DNA of 64,000 nt from an uncultured archaeon (GTDB lineage Archaea; Iainarchaeota; Iainarchaeia; Iainarchaeales; VGJJ01): positions 902 through 64,901 of the forward strand of contig CAZKYB010000001.1 of NCBI GenBank assembly GCA_964557045.1, in the 5' to 3' direction. The notes below the pieces were generated by a model. That model searched no databases, was not told the origin of the DNA, and saw only the letters and a list, made by a program, of their open reading frames with translations. This document shows, one piece after another, positions 8,960 through 17,014 of this stretch. Each line of letters begins with the position of its first letter. Position 1 is the first letter of the stretch. Both the position numbers and the translations under genes were made by a program.

Positions 8960-10510
8960 TCACAAGCTGAAAAAGTCCTTTACCACCGGTTGCGAGTACG
9001 TGTCACGAATAGACGCGCGGTAATTCTTTCTTCCTGCAAGTGTGACGGCGGCTTCTCGTCCCGACACCACTCCCACTTTGGCGTCGAGGATGCTCACCAA
9101 ATCTTTGGGTAAATCAATTTCGTGCGCCGCGGAAAGTAAGAATCCTACATCCTGGTTCATGCTTAACGTGAGCAAGCGTTCAATTTCTTTCGAAAGCAAG
9201 GGTTCACGGGGCACGTCAAACAATTGCGTGGCCTCGGGGATAACCAAGAGTGATTTCACGCGACCCGAAACACCTTTTTGTGAGTATAGTTCGTAAATCC
9301 CGCGCATGACGGTGTACACCAACAATCGTCTCAGCTTAGGAGGGACATTCTTGAGTCGCAACACGCCCACTCTTCCAATGGATTGGAACCAGGACTTGGA
9401 TATCTCTTCGATGGGATTCAATCCATTGAATAATCCCGGATACGTTTGGTTGAGCAAATTGAGGATGCGCATAATACTGGCGATTTGGAATGCGTTGAAG
9501 GTTTCGGAGGGAGGGAGTTGTCGCAGCACCCCGTTGGCTTCTCCCACCGTTCCCACGTGATGCTCATGTAAGAATCGGATGAGGTTTTGTCCCAACTCAT
9601 GTTCATTTAGTCCCAGCACTTCCACCAATCCTTCCGGGTACGTGAGGGAGAGTTCGAGTTTGAGATTTTCAGGAGCGACAAATTCCTTCAGCGGAAAACC
9701 AATCGGGTCTCCTTCAATCTTTTGCTCGTGCAATCGGGTGGGATCCGGGTTGGGGTTTCGCATGACGGAAAACTCATTGTTCCAATCAATGATGACCACG
9801 GGGATATTGGAGAATAACGCTCCCTCCGCAATCACTTGCAGGATGTGCGTGCGATGCTCCGCTCGTGCGTTGAATATTCCTGTTTTCTTGAAGAACGAAA
9901 TGGGTTCCTTCACCATGAGTCCGGTTCCCGTGGTTCCTAAAACAAATTCTCCCGGCATCGCCCCCATGTGTCCGGCGGCGGTTTGGGCGGCCAGCACGGA
10001 GGATTCCTTTTCTCCCACGAAGTGGGCATTCGTTGCGAGTGCAGGGTAGAGGAGGGGAATCGAAAAGAACGCCTCGGCTATATTGGGAGGGTTTTCATTC
10101 ATGGGTTTGAGGGTAATATCATAGGCCTTGGCCACATCCCCCAGCAGGCTCGCTCCCACGTCTAATTTTTTCAGGAGAATATCCGTTTGTTCTAATACGA
10201 TTCCTTCCTCCCACACCACACTAATAGGGGAGGAGCCGAGCAGGAGAAAAGTAAACGTCTCGTCCGGCTGGTGCTTGGTCAGCACCACCACTTCGCGCGG
10301 AAGGGTTTGTACGAATCCGCTCACGTCTCCGGTGGCGAGGTAGGGTTTGTAGAACTCGCACACGACGTTCGTGTATTGTCCGTTTTCCTGCTGGAGGATT
10401 TGAACAAAGAGTGTTTTTTGGGGGTTCGTGTAGACTTCCAATTCGCGGTCCTTTACGCTACCCTTCACGAGCAATGTCCAGGGTCCTTGGGCAATCTTGA
10501 GTAGGGGCAT
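8960..10510 (-). CDS. HerA/FtsK-like (DUF87-type) ATPase-fold protein with degenerate Walker A
   Basis: 516 aa. FVLGTTGTGLMV sits where G.TGSGKS is expected. IPVVIIDWNNEF matches the HerA v.iiD.hgEY strand. SLLVIPEATQLF is Walker-B-like (hhhhDEAH). The family call rests on motif order only. Confidence 0.45.
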   Translation of the reverse strand: MPLLKIAQGPWTLLVKGSVKDRELEVYTNPQKTLFVQILQQENGQYTNVVCEFYKPYLATGDVSGFVQTLPREVVVLTKHQPDETFTFLLLGSSPISVVWEEGIVLEQTDILLKKLDVGASLLGDVAKAYDITLKPMNENPPNIAEAFFSIPLLYPALATNAHFVGEKESSVLAAQTAAGHMGAMPGEFVLGTTGTGLMVKEPISFFKKTGIFNARAEHRTHILQVIAEGALFSNIPVVIIDWNNEFSVMRNPNPDPTRLHEQKIEGDPIGFPLKEFVAPENLKLELSLTYPEGLVEVLGLNEHELGQNLIRFLHEHHVGTVGEANGVLRQLPPSETFNAFQIASIMRILNLLNQTYPGLFNGLNPIEEISKSWFQSIGRVGVLRLKNVPPKLRRLLVYTVMRGIYELYSQKGVSGRVKSLLVIPEATQLFDVPREPLLSKEIERLLTLSMNQDVGFLLSAAHEIDLPKDLVSILDAKVGVVSGREAAVTLAGRKNYRASIRDTYSQPVVKDFFSL

Positions 10511-10527
10511 GGGGAATCACGGCGAGG

Positions 10528-10537
10528 ATTTTTATAG
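10528..10537 (-). promoter_or_regulatory. TATA box for the HerA-like gene
   Basis: Minus-strand CTATAAAAAT lies 18-27 nt upstream of the ATG at 10510. Confidence 0.45.
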
Positions 10538-10550
10538 CAAAGATTCTCCC

Positions 10551-10560
10551 GTATATAAAA
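10551..10560 (+). promoter_or_regulatory. TATA box for the 10581 gene
   Basis: GTATATAAAA lies 21-30 nt upstream of ATG 10581. Confidence 0.5.
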
Positions 10561-10580
10561 CCAAAGTCGAGAACCCCCTC

Positions 10581-11174
10581 ATGGTGAACGAAGAAGTGGT
10601 GCGGAACACCATCCAGAAGATGCGCGACGCCGGATTGTCCGAGAATGTCATTGCCTCCACGCTGCAGGATTTGGGCCTTTCCCCCGCGCAGATGCAGTCC
10701 TATTTGACGCCCAACGCGGGAAGTTCACGCCCCCCTGCACCCAACGTTTCCAGGCCCGTCTCGCCTCCTCCTCAAAAGGAAGAGGAGGATGAAGAGAGCG
10801 CTTTTTCGGATTTGGATCACGAGGTCTTAGCCACGCGCACGAGTGAGAAAGTAGTCCAACAAATGGAAGAGAGAAATTTGCTGAATGAGCAGACGGACGC
10901 ATTGAAGGATAACATCACACACCTCGCACTGGAACAGCACGGGCAGCAGTTGCAGGACACGCACAACGCAGTCGTAGAGTTGCACGATAAGTTGGACTCG
11001 GCCAATTTGGAAACCATGAGCAACCGATTGAGTGTGGTCAACTCGCGCATGGATCAATTGCAGAAGGATGTATCGGATGCGAAAGCACTGATGGGGGCAT
11101 TACAAACGTTGATGCAGAAAATACTCGAAACCAACCAGCAGTTGTTGTTTGAGACGAAAAGCAAGAAAGGGTGA
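10581..11174 (+). CDS. hypothetical protein: small N-terminal helical domain, P-rich acidic linker, long C-terminal coiled coil
   Basis: The ORF-track start at 10497 is a TTG that overlaps the divergent gene start. ATG 10581 (MVNEEVVRNTIQKMRDAGLSENVIASTLQDLGL) sits behind a TATA box. The C-terminal half is heptad-like (LSVVNSRMDQLQKDVSDAKALMGALQTLMQKILE). Confidence 0.55.
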   Translation: MVNEEVVRNTIQKMRDAGLSENVIASTLQDLGLSPAQMQSYLTPNAGSSRPPAPNVSRPVSPPPQKEEEDEESAFSDLDHEVLATRTSEKVVQQMEERNLLNEQTDALKDNITHLALEQHGQQLQDTHNAVVELHDKLDSANLETMSNRLSVVNSRMDQLQKDVSDAKALMGALQTLMQKILETNQQLLFETKSKKG

Positions 11175-11854
11175 CGAGCTTGCGCGGAATAGTCCTTTCG
11201 TTTACTCGTGAGCCCATATCAGCAGGAGCCGGGGGTGTTTTTGTCTCTCTCACGATTGGAGAAGGAGACTATACCGGAATCAAGGGTTCATTTGCGGACA
11301 CTAGTAAGAAAAGGACAGCCACCACCAAGGTCCCGGTAGCACGCGCGGTGAGCCGACCGGTTGGATTCGTTACAAATGAAGCGATTCGCAAGGCCATTGA
11401 TGCAGCTGCTCTAAAGAATGGAACACGATTAGGTACTTCCTCCATCATCTTACACCCGGGAGAGGGAATCATTCATGGTCGCTTTACTTCAGAAATGCTA
11501 CGGGAAGTGGCCCGTGATAAGAGACTGGTTCAATCGCTGATGAATAGCGGGTTGGGCGAGATTGTGGAGCATCGTATAGTAGAGGTGGCCAAGGCGCGTC
11601 ATCCGCGGCTGGGCACCATATCATTTCTTCCACTCTTCACTCCTGGATATTATCGCGCGCGTCTCGCGGAGCGAGGAATTGCGCGATTGAAGAGGGATGT
11701 TCCTCTTGGGGATTATTTGTCTGCAATGCGCACATTCATACGGAAAACTCGCCGTGGATCTGCGCGCCCTCCACGCACATCCCAATCACACGTTTCACGC
11801 CTGCAGAGTCCTCATTTCAAACCGCCCGTACGAAAACAAAGAACGCGCGGATAA
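11171..11854 (+). CDS. hypothetical basic protein (Arg-rich C-terminal tail)
   Basis: 227-aa ORF. Its GTG start overlaps the upstream stop (GTGA at 11171-11174), suggesting translational coupling. The C-terminus is RKTRRGSARPPRTSQSHVSRLQSPHFKPPVRKQRTRG. Confidence 0.45.
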   Translation: MTSLRGIVLSFTREPISAGAGGVFVSLTIGEGDYTGIKGSFADTSKKRTATTKVPVARAVSRPVGFVTNEAIRKAIDAAALKNGTRLGTSSIILHPGEGIIHGRFTSEMLREVARDKRLVQSLMNSGLGEIVEHRIVEVAKARHPRLGTISFLPLFTPGYYRARLAERGIARLKRDVPLGDYLSAMRTFIRKTRRGSARPPRTSQSHVSRLQSPHFKPPVRKQRTRG

Positions 11855-11857
11855 GAC

Positions 11858-12265
11858 TCATCGCGAGAAAAGTTTCCCTAAACTATCCAGTATCTTGTTC
11901 GCGGAGTCGTAGATTTTTCCCATGGGATCCTTGATGGTCCATTTCATGTTCTCGGCTTGCTTGTAGCTTTTCACACCGGGAGGGGCGATGTGCTCCCCAG
12001 CCTTTTCAGCCAGGGCCTTTCCGGCGGCATCAAAGAATTTGGCCGGGTATTTTCCGGTGACCGCGTCCATCTCCTTCATCTCTCCCATGTACACTTCACG
12101 TATTTTCTTACGTGTCTTCCCCACTCCTCGTGCGGTGGCCTTGGAGGCGATGGTGAGGAAGTAGGCCAAGAGCAATAATCCCGCCACTATCACCCAGAAT
12201 GTTTGATGGGTGGAATAGAGAATCCACAGGAAGACGAGTACCACGAGCAGGGAGAACGCATTCAT
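11858..12265 (-). CDS. small membrane protein (2 N-terminal TM segments plus amphipathic soluble tail)
   Basis: 135 aa. The ATG at 12265 directly abuts the stop of the upstream gene (12266-12268). Confidence 0.55.
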   Translation of the reverse strand: MNAFSLLVVLVFLWILYSTHQTFWVIVAGLLLLAYFLTIASKATARGVGKTRKKIREVYMGEMKEMDAVTGKYPAKFFDAAGKALAEKAGEHIAPPGVKSYKQAENMKWTIKDPMGKIYDSANKILDSLGKLFSR

Positions 12266-12637
12266 TCAGAATCCCCCGTGTCCGCCGCCCATTCCTCCCA
12301 TGCCACCCATGCCTCCATAGGGGTCACCGCCCCCACCCATTCCTTGGAGCATGGCCATCATGTCGGGGGACATGCCTCCTTGGTTATCTTCCGAAGGTTT
12401 TACACCCACCAAATACGCGAGGATGGCGAGACCGATACACAAATAGAGCATGGTTCCGGAGAGTGAGGAGCCAAGGAGGAAGAATACTACTCCCGTAGTT
12501 AGCGTGAGCACAATCCCTGAGAGGGAGCGCAGTGAGATGAGGAGGAAAATGAGGATGGCCAGTCCCAGCCAGAGCATGGATGATTGCATCGCAAAGGCCA
12601 GGAGGAATACCGCCACGATGTAGGTGAATGTGTCCAT
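12266..12637 (-). CDS. small polytopic membrane protein with Gly/Met-repeat C-terminal tail
   Basis: 123 aa with about 4 TM segments, then ...MLQGMGGGGDPYGGMGGMGGMGGGHGGF. A GAGGGAG SD-like motif lies upstream of the ATG. Confidence 0.55.
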   Translation of the reverse strand: MDTFTYIVAVFLLAFAMQSSMLWLGLAILIFLLISLRSLSGIVLTLTTGVVFFLLGSSLSGTMLYLCIGLAILAYLVGVKPSEDNQGGMSPDMMAMLQGMGGGGDPYGGMGGMGGMGGGHGGF

Positions 12638-12650
12638 GTTTTTTTCTCCC

Positions 12651-12896
12651 TCACTTCTCGAACAATCCTATTTTGGAAAAAATATCCTTTCCAAACGTGG
12701 CGAAGGCCCACAATAACACGAGCAACCACACAAGTTCGGGGAAGGAGTAAAAAGTCAGGAAGATAATGACGATGGCCGTGACCAACGCGAGTTTAGCACT
12801 TCCCACATTTCCTTTGGCCCAATTGTAAATCCAGATGAAAAGGAAGATGGTGAGGGCCAGGTGGATGTTGTCCACCAATGCGTCATAGAGGATCAT
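12651..12896 (-). CDS. small membrane protein (about 3 TM segments)
   Basis: 81 aa. It is the first gene of a three-gene small-membrane-protein operon and sits behind its own TATA box. Confidence 0.5.
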   Translation of the reverse strand: MILYDALVDNIHLALTIFLFIWIYNWAKGNVGSAKLALVTAIVIIFLTFYSFPELVWLLVLLWAFATFGKDIFSKIGLFEK

Positions 12897-12917
12897 ACTA
12901 GAAAACGGGATTCGCGA

Positions 12918-12927
12918 CTATTTAATG
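12918..12927 (-). promoter_or_regulatory. TATA box for the small-membrane-protein operon
   Basis: Minus-strand CATTAAATAG lies 22-31 nt upstream of ATG 12896, immediately after the purF stop. Confidence 0.4.
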
Positions 12928-12943
12928 GGACGGGTCCCCCTCA

Positions 12944-14521
12944 TCATGCGTCGTAAATCCGCCCTCCGGACGCAAGGGATTGGTATCTCGACCACGCTTC
13001 GCGTACGAGTCGCTTTCCGGTGGGAGTGGGATATTTCCCATTCAGGCAGGCCATGCAGAGCTTGTGGGATGGAACCATAATCGCCTTGACCAATCCTTCC
13101 AATGATTGATACCGCAAGGATTCCACTCCTAATTCTCGAGAGAGCTTGTTTCCAGTCTCTTCATTCCATTGTACGTGTTCACGTTCCGCATTCTGTTCAG
13201 CGCTGCGCGCGGCGGTAAGCTCGGTGAACGTGCTCATGTCAATTCCATAGAAGCACGGATTCAGGATGGGCGGGCAAGCGATGCGCGCATGAACTTCCAA
13301 TGCTTTCCCTTCTTCTCGTATGCGCTGGGCCAATTGTTTGAGGGTGTTTCCTCGCACCACGGAGTCTTCCACCAAAATTACTTTTTTCCCTTCCAATACG
13401 GATGGGTTGATTGTGAATTTCTCTCTCACTTTATCCTGCCACTTCCCTCCCTCAATGAATGTGCGTCCCACGTAGCGGTTTCGCAACAATCCTTCCTTGG
13501 AAGGGAGTTGAAGCGTGAATGCATATCCATCCGCGGCCGGCGTGCTCGTGTCCGGAACGTTTACCACTACCCATTCCTCCTTGTTCGTGGAGAGTGCCTC
13601 GCTCTTCGCTAATTCTTCCCCTAACCGATATCGTGCCTCATACACGCTGCTTCCTTGTAGGGTGCTTCCTGCGGAAGCAAAGTAGACCCACTCAAACATG
13701 CAGTGGGAAATAGGATGATTAGACGCAGTGAAGCGGGAGCGAATCATCTTGTTTTGGTGCACCCGAATCATCTCTCCCGGGTTCACGTCCTGTATTCCAT
13801 GCGCGGCAAAGGGTCGCAAGGCAACGCTTTCACTGGCCGCGAGGAAGAAATCCTCGGTATCCACAAACGAGAGGGGTTTGAATCCATTAGGGTCGCGCAG
13901 AACCACTAACTCTCCTTGGGCGTTCACAAATGCAAGGGTATAGGCCCCGTCCAATTGGCTCGCGAGCTCCGCAAAACCCGTTTCGAGGGATTGGGGAGAG
14001 TCGCTTCCCAATCCATGGGCAATCGCGTGCATCAATGCTTCCGTGTCGGTCTTGCTCTTGAAGTGATATCCTTTCTCCGTGAGCATTTCTCGCATTTCCG
14101 GTGCATTCGTGATGTTCCCGTTGAATGCGAATGAGAACCATTTCCATAATCGTGTGTGCGTGCGTTCAAAGGGTTGGGCGTCCGCGCACAAATCACTTCC
14201 GCTCGTGGCATAGCGCGTGTGTCCAATGCCCACTTTTCCGGCATATTCGGTGAATAATTTCCCTGCTTTTTCCGAATCGCTCAAGCAAAAAACTTCCCCC
14301 ACCAATCCATTTCCTTTATGGGTCTTGAGCAGGTCGGGTTTTTCGGGATGGTAAAGGGTGACCCCGGCCGATAGTTGTCCGCGATGCTGGAGTTGAAGGA
14401 GCATCTTCTGGAGAAAATAGAGCGCGCCTCCAGGGGGGTAATGGGAAAGGTCTTTCTTGAGGTAGACCGCCGCGACCCCGCAAAAGTCGCTAGGTTCCTC
14501 GTTGCACGTGTTGGAGCTCAC
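12944..14521 (-). CDS. purF: amidophosphoribosyltransferase (class II glutamine amidotransferase + PRTase, Fe-S type)
   Basis: 525 aa. A 13-aa propeptide precedes the catalytic Cys (DFCGVAAVY). The PRPP loop is VILVEDSVVRGNT. The Cys ligand patterns CPPILNPCFYGIDM and CMACLNGKYP are present. Confidence 0.9.
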   Translation of the reverse strand: MSSNTCNEEPSDFCGVAAVYLKKDLSHYPPGGALYFLQKMLLQLQHRGQLSAGVTLYHPEKPDLLKTHKGNGLVGEVFCLSDSEKAGKLFTEYAGKVGIGHTRYATSGSDLCADAQPFERTHTRLWKWFSFAFNGNITNAPEMREMLTEKGYHFKSKTDTEALMHAIAHGLGSDSPQSLETGFAELASQLDGAYTLAFVNAQGELVVLRDPNGFKPLSFVDTEDFFLAASESVALRPFAAHGIQDVNPGEMIRVHQNKMIRSRFTASNHPISHCMFEWVYFASAGSTLQGSSVYEARYRLGEELAKSEALSTNKEEWVVVNVPDTSTPAADGYAFTLQLPSKEGLLRNRYVGRTFIEGGKWQDKVREKFTINPSVLEGKKVILVEDSVVRGNTLKQLAQRIREEGKALEVHARIACPPILNPCFYGIDMSTFTELTAARSAEQNAEREHVQWNEETGNKLSRELGVESLRYQSLEGLVKAIMVPSHKLCMACLNGKYPTPTGKRLVREAWSRYQSLASGGRIYDA

Positions 14522-14578
14522 GCTAGTGTAGTGGGTTGAAGTCGTATTAAACGATTGAGGAAAGAATGAGCCGAAACC

Positions 14579-15316
14579 CTAGTTTCGGTCGCCGCCGGCG
14601 AGTCCGGCAGCTTCTTCCAATCGGTTGACTCGGGGACCTCGTCGGTCTCGTCGTCCGCGTCGCTGGTTCTGCTCTTCGGATTCTCCGTCTTTCAACGCGT
14701 ACTCGAAGTCCTCGACTTTCTTAGGGAAAGCTTCGTCGTTGGCGATATCGCCGCGGGCTTTCAAGAATTCCTTGGCGAGCAACCAATAAATCAAGGCTAA
14801 AGATTTGCGTCCCTTGTTGTTCACCGGGATTACCACATCAATGTTGGCCAACAAGTTGTTCGTAGAGGCCAATGCGACAACCACCGCACGCACCTTGGAG
14901 GCTTCCGAGATGGCTTGGGCGTCGGACTCAGGTTCGGTAACAATGACCACTTGCGGCTGCAAGAATTCTTTTCCTTGAGGATTGGTAAATGTTCCGGGAA
15001 CGAATCGTCCAGTGATGGCGTAGGCACCGATGGACTTGGCAAATTCTTCTGCCGGAGTCTTTCCGTACATCTTGCGTGAAACAATGGCGATTTTCTTAGG
15101 GTCATACTTGGCGAGGAATTGTCCGACTTGCTTAACTCGCTCGTCGATCAATTGGACATCCAACACTTTGAGTCCGTCTTTGCGCTGCTTGTAAATATAG
15201 CGGTTCATGTCTCCGCTCTTGAAGCGCGTGCCGATGTGGGCCCCAGTCGTGAGGTATTTCTCAATGGCGGGATTGGTCGTCGGGACCTGCTGGATGTCTT
15301 CCTTGTTTTCAGTCAT
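14579..15316 (-). CDS. rps2: 30S ribosomal protein uS2 (Arg-rich C-terminal extension)
   Basis: YLTTGAHIGT...GRFVPGTFTNP...VIPVNNKGRKSLALIYWLLA. Confidence 0.95.
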   Translation of the reverse strand: MTENKEDIQQVPTTNPAIEKYLTTGAHIGTRFKSGDMNRYIYKQRKDGLKVLDVQLIDERVKQVGQFLAKYDPKKIAIVSRKMYGKTPAEEFAKSIGAYAITGRFVPGTFTNPQGKEFLQPQVVIVTEPESDAQAISEASKVRAVVVALASTNNLLANIDVVIPVNNKGRKSLALIYWLLAKEFLKARGDIANDEAFPKKVEDFEYALKDGESEEQNQRRGRRDRRGPRVNRLEEAAGLAGGDRN

Positions 15317-15337
15317 ATTTCATCATTCCCCTTGTTT

Positions 15338-15532
15338 TCACGTGTTGTACCGCATCACGTCGTCGATCAATTCAACGTGCGTCAGGAGCATTCGTCGGCA
15401 GCAATACCGGGCGATTCCCATCCCCTTGAATGCATCTTCCGCGGTTTCTCCCTTCTTGGTGCGGGCCTTGAAGTCTTCGTAGTGCCCGGCGAGGGATTTT
15501 CCGCATGAAAAGCATCGAATGGGGGTAATCAT
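15338..15532 (-). CDS. rpoN: DNA-directed RNA polymerase subunit N (Rpb10)
   Basis: MITPIRCFSCGK...ARYCCRRMLLTHV. Confidence 0.95.
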   Translation of the reverse strand: MITPIRCFSCGKSLAGHYEDFKARTKKGETAEDAFKGMGIARYCCRRMLLTHVELIDDVMRYNT

Positions 15533-15548
15533 GGTTTTTTCATCTCCG

Positions 15549-15956
15549 TTATCGCTTCGAGTGCTGCTTCTTCTTTCGAGCCTTGGGTCCTAAGGGCTTC
15601 TTAGGTTCCGTTCGTCGAGAATCGTCGACCAGCAGCATGCGGTCGTACGCAATGAATTTCTTCTTCAATTTCTCATCCTTCAAATATCCCACGAGGGCTT
15701 TGGCGATAGAGGCTCGGGCCGCGACGGCCTGAGACATCTGTCCTCCTCCCTGGACGTGGATGGTAATATCGAGGTTGTTGCCCGCTCCCTCGGCTAGGAC
15801 GAGGGGTTCGCGGATATACTCTTGCAAAATAGCCGGATCAACCAAATTGAGGTTGCGTGAGTTGATTCGGATGACTCCTTTTCCTTCTCGCACGTTCGCC
15901 TTGGCGATGGCCTCTTTCTTGGTGGCCTTGAATAGTGTTTCGCGTCGCTTTGCCAT
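15549..15956 (-). CDS. rps9: 30S ribosomal protein uS9
   Basis: GGGQMSQAVAARASIAKAL... with C-terminal KKKQHSKR. Confidence 0.95.
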   Translation of the reverse strand: MAKRRETLFKATKKEAIAKANVREGKGVIRINSRNLNLVDPAILQEYIREPLVLAEGAGNNLDITIHVQGGGQMSQAVAARASIAKALVGYLKDEKLKKKFIAYDRMLLVDDSRRTEPKKPLGPKARKKKQHSKR

Positions 15957-15960
15957 AATG

Positions 15961-16458
15961 TTATCCCTTCACCATTTTGTTATATCCTAATCCTTCCGCC
16001 AACTCTAAGACGGTGGTAATTCCCTTCGTCTTCGTGTGCTGGGCCTTCTCGAGTCCGTGGAACTTTTGTTCCTTGAACTTCGTGGGGACGCCGATGAATG
16101 TCTGCAATCGCTTCATGGCTAAAATACCGCGATCTCGCTTCGAGGGGACCATTCCTTCGATGATCTCTCGAACAATTCGATCGGGCATCTTGTGGAAGCG
16201 CGGCCCGAATACCGGGTTTCCACGCGGTCGCAAGTCCAATCGGGTCTGCCAGAGCTTGCGCAACAAAACAGGGTTTCCCGTGAACACGGCCTTTTCACAA
16301 TTGACAATCACGACTTTGTGCCCCTTCAATAGTTTCTCCGCCACCACGCTGGCCATTCGTCCAACAATAAGGTTGGTGGCGTCCACGTACATCGTTGGTG
16401 CGGCCGGCATGATTTCCGTCTGGACTTTGTTTTTAGTGGGGGCTTTCTTTTCGTGCAT
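15961..16458 (-). CDS. rpl13: 50S ribosomal protein uL13
   Basis: VDATNLIVGRMASVVAEKLLKGHKVVIVNCEKAVFTG. The start abuts the rpl18e stop. There is an N-terminal extension of about 20 aa. Confidence 0.93.
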   Translation of the reverse strand: MHEKKAPTKNKVQTEIMPAAPTMYVDATNLIVGRMASVVAEKLLKGHKVVIVNCEKAVFTGNPVLLRKLWQTRLDLRPRGNPVFGPRFHKMPDRIVREIIEGMVPSKRDRGILAMKRLQTFIGVPTKFKEQKFHGLEKAQHTKTKGITTVLELAEGLGYNKMVKG

Positions 16459-16459
16459 C

Positions 16460-16828
16460 TTATTTCACCAACATGATCTTTTTCGCGGCGACTTTCTCAG
16501 AGACGAGTTCTTCGAGGAGCATGGCCTTTCCTTTGGCTTCCTTAATCTTGTGCGCAGCGCTACCGGAGTATCGCAACGCGGCCACGTGAATGGCGTGCGT
16601 GAGGGTTCCTTTCGCGAGAACGGATCCCGGGACGACAAAGACCTTGTCCTTGTACGTGGCTGCAAGTTCATTCAAGTGAGAAAGATTGACTTCGGCGCGC
16701 TGTCGGGCGGGAACGTTGACGAGTTCAGACAGGACGGCGTAGGCGCCTTCTTTCGTCTTCTTGGCGTGCTTGTCCATGTGCACGACCATGGCTCTGGTTC
16801 GAATGTTGGTGGGTCCGGTTCGTTTCAT
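16460..16828 (-). CDS. rpl18e: 50S ribosomal protein eL18 (L18e)
   Basis: RQRAEVNLSHLNEL...VFVVPGSVLAKGTL...VAALRYSGSAAHKIKEAKG. Confidence 0.9.
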   Translation of the reverse strand: MKRTGPTNIRTRAMVVHMDKHAKKTKEGAYAVLSELVNVPARQRAEVNLSHLNELAATYKDKVFVVPGSVLAKGTLTHAIHVAALRYSGSAAHKIKEAKGKAMLLEELVSEKVAAKKIMLVK

Positions 16829-16866
16829 AGTGGATCAGTTTCAGTTGTTTTCTTTTATTTTCCGAG

Positions 16867-16950
16867 TGCAGGAGACAGGATTCGAACCTGCGAAGGCACT
16901 AAGCCACGGGATCTTAAGTCCCGCCCCTTTGACCGCTCGGGAACTCCTGC
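16867..16950 (-). tRNA. tRNA-Leu (anticodon UAA), long variable arm
   Basis: Reverse-strand fold. Acceptor GCAGGAG/CTCCTGC. Anticodon stem CGGGA/TCCCG with loop CTTAAGA. Variable arm of 15 nt. T arm GCAGG-TTCGAAT-CCTGT. Discriminator A. Confidence 0.9.
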
Positions 16951-17014
16951 AATAGCAAGTTTTTCCGTGGTATCGTTTAAGAAGGGGCGTTCTTCCTCCC
17001 GTGTTTTCCGTGGT

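Noticed and set aside
8477-12896. Interpretation of the unknown block as an integrated virus or plasmid, or as a Ced-type DNA importer
   Set aside because: There is no integrase, capsid, replication initiator, att-like repeat or tRNA target at the borders, and the ATPase motifs are degenerate. The similarity to Ced is only architectural. It is kept as a hypothesis in the findings, not as an annotation.
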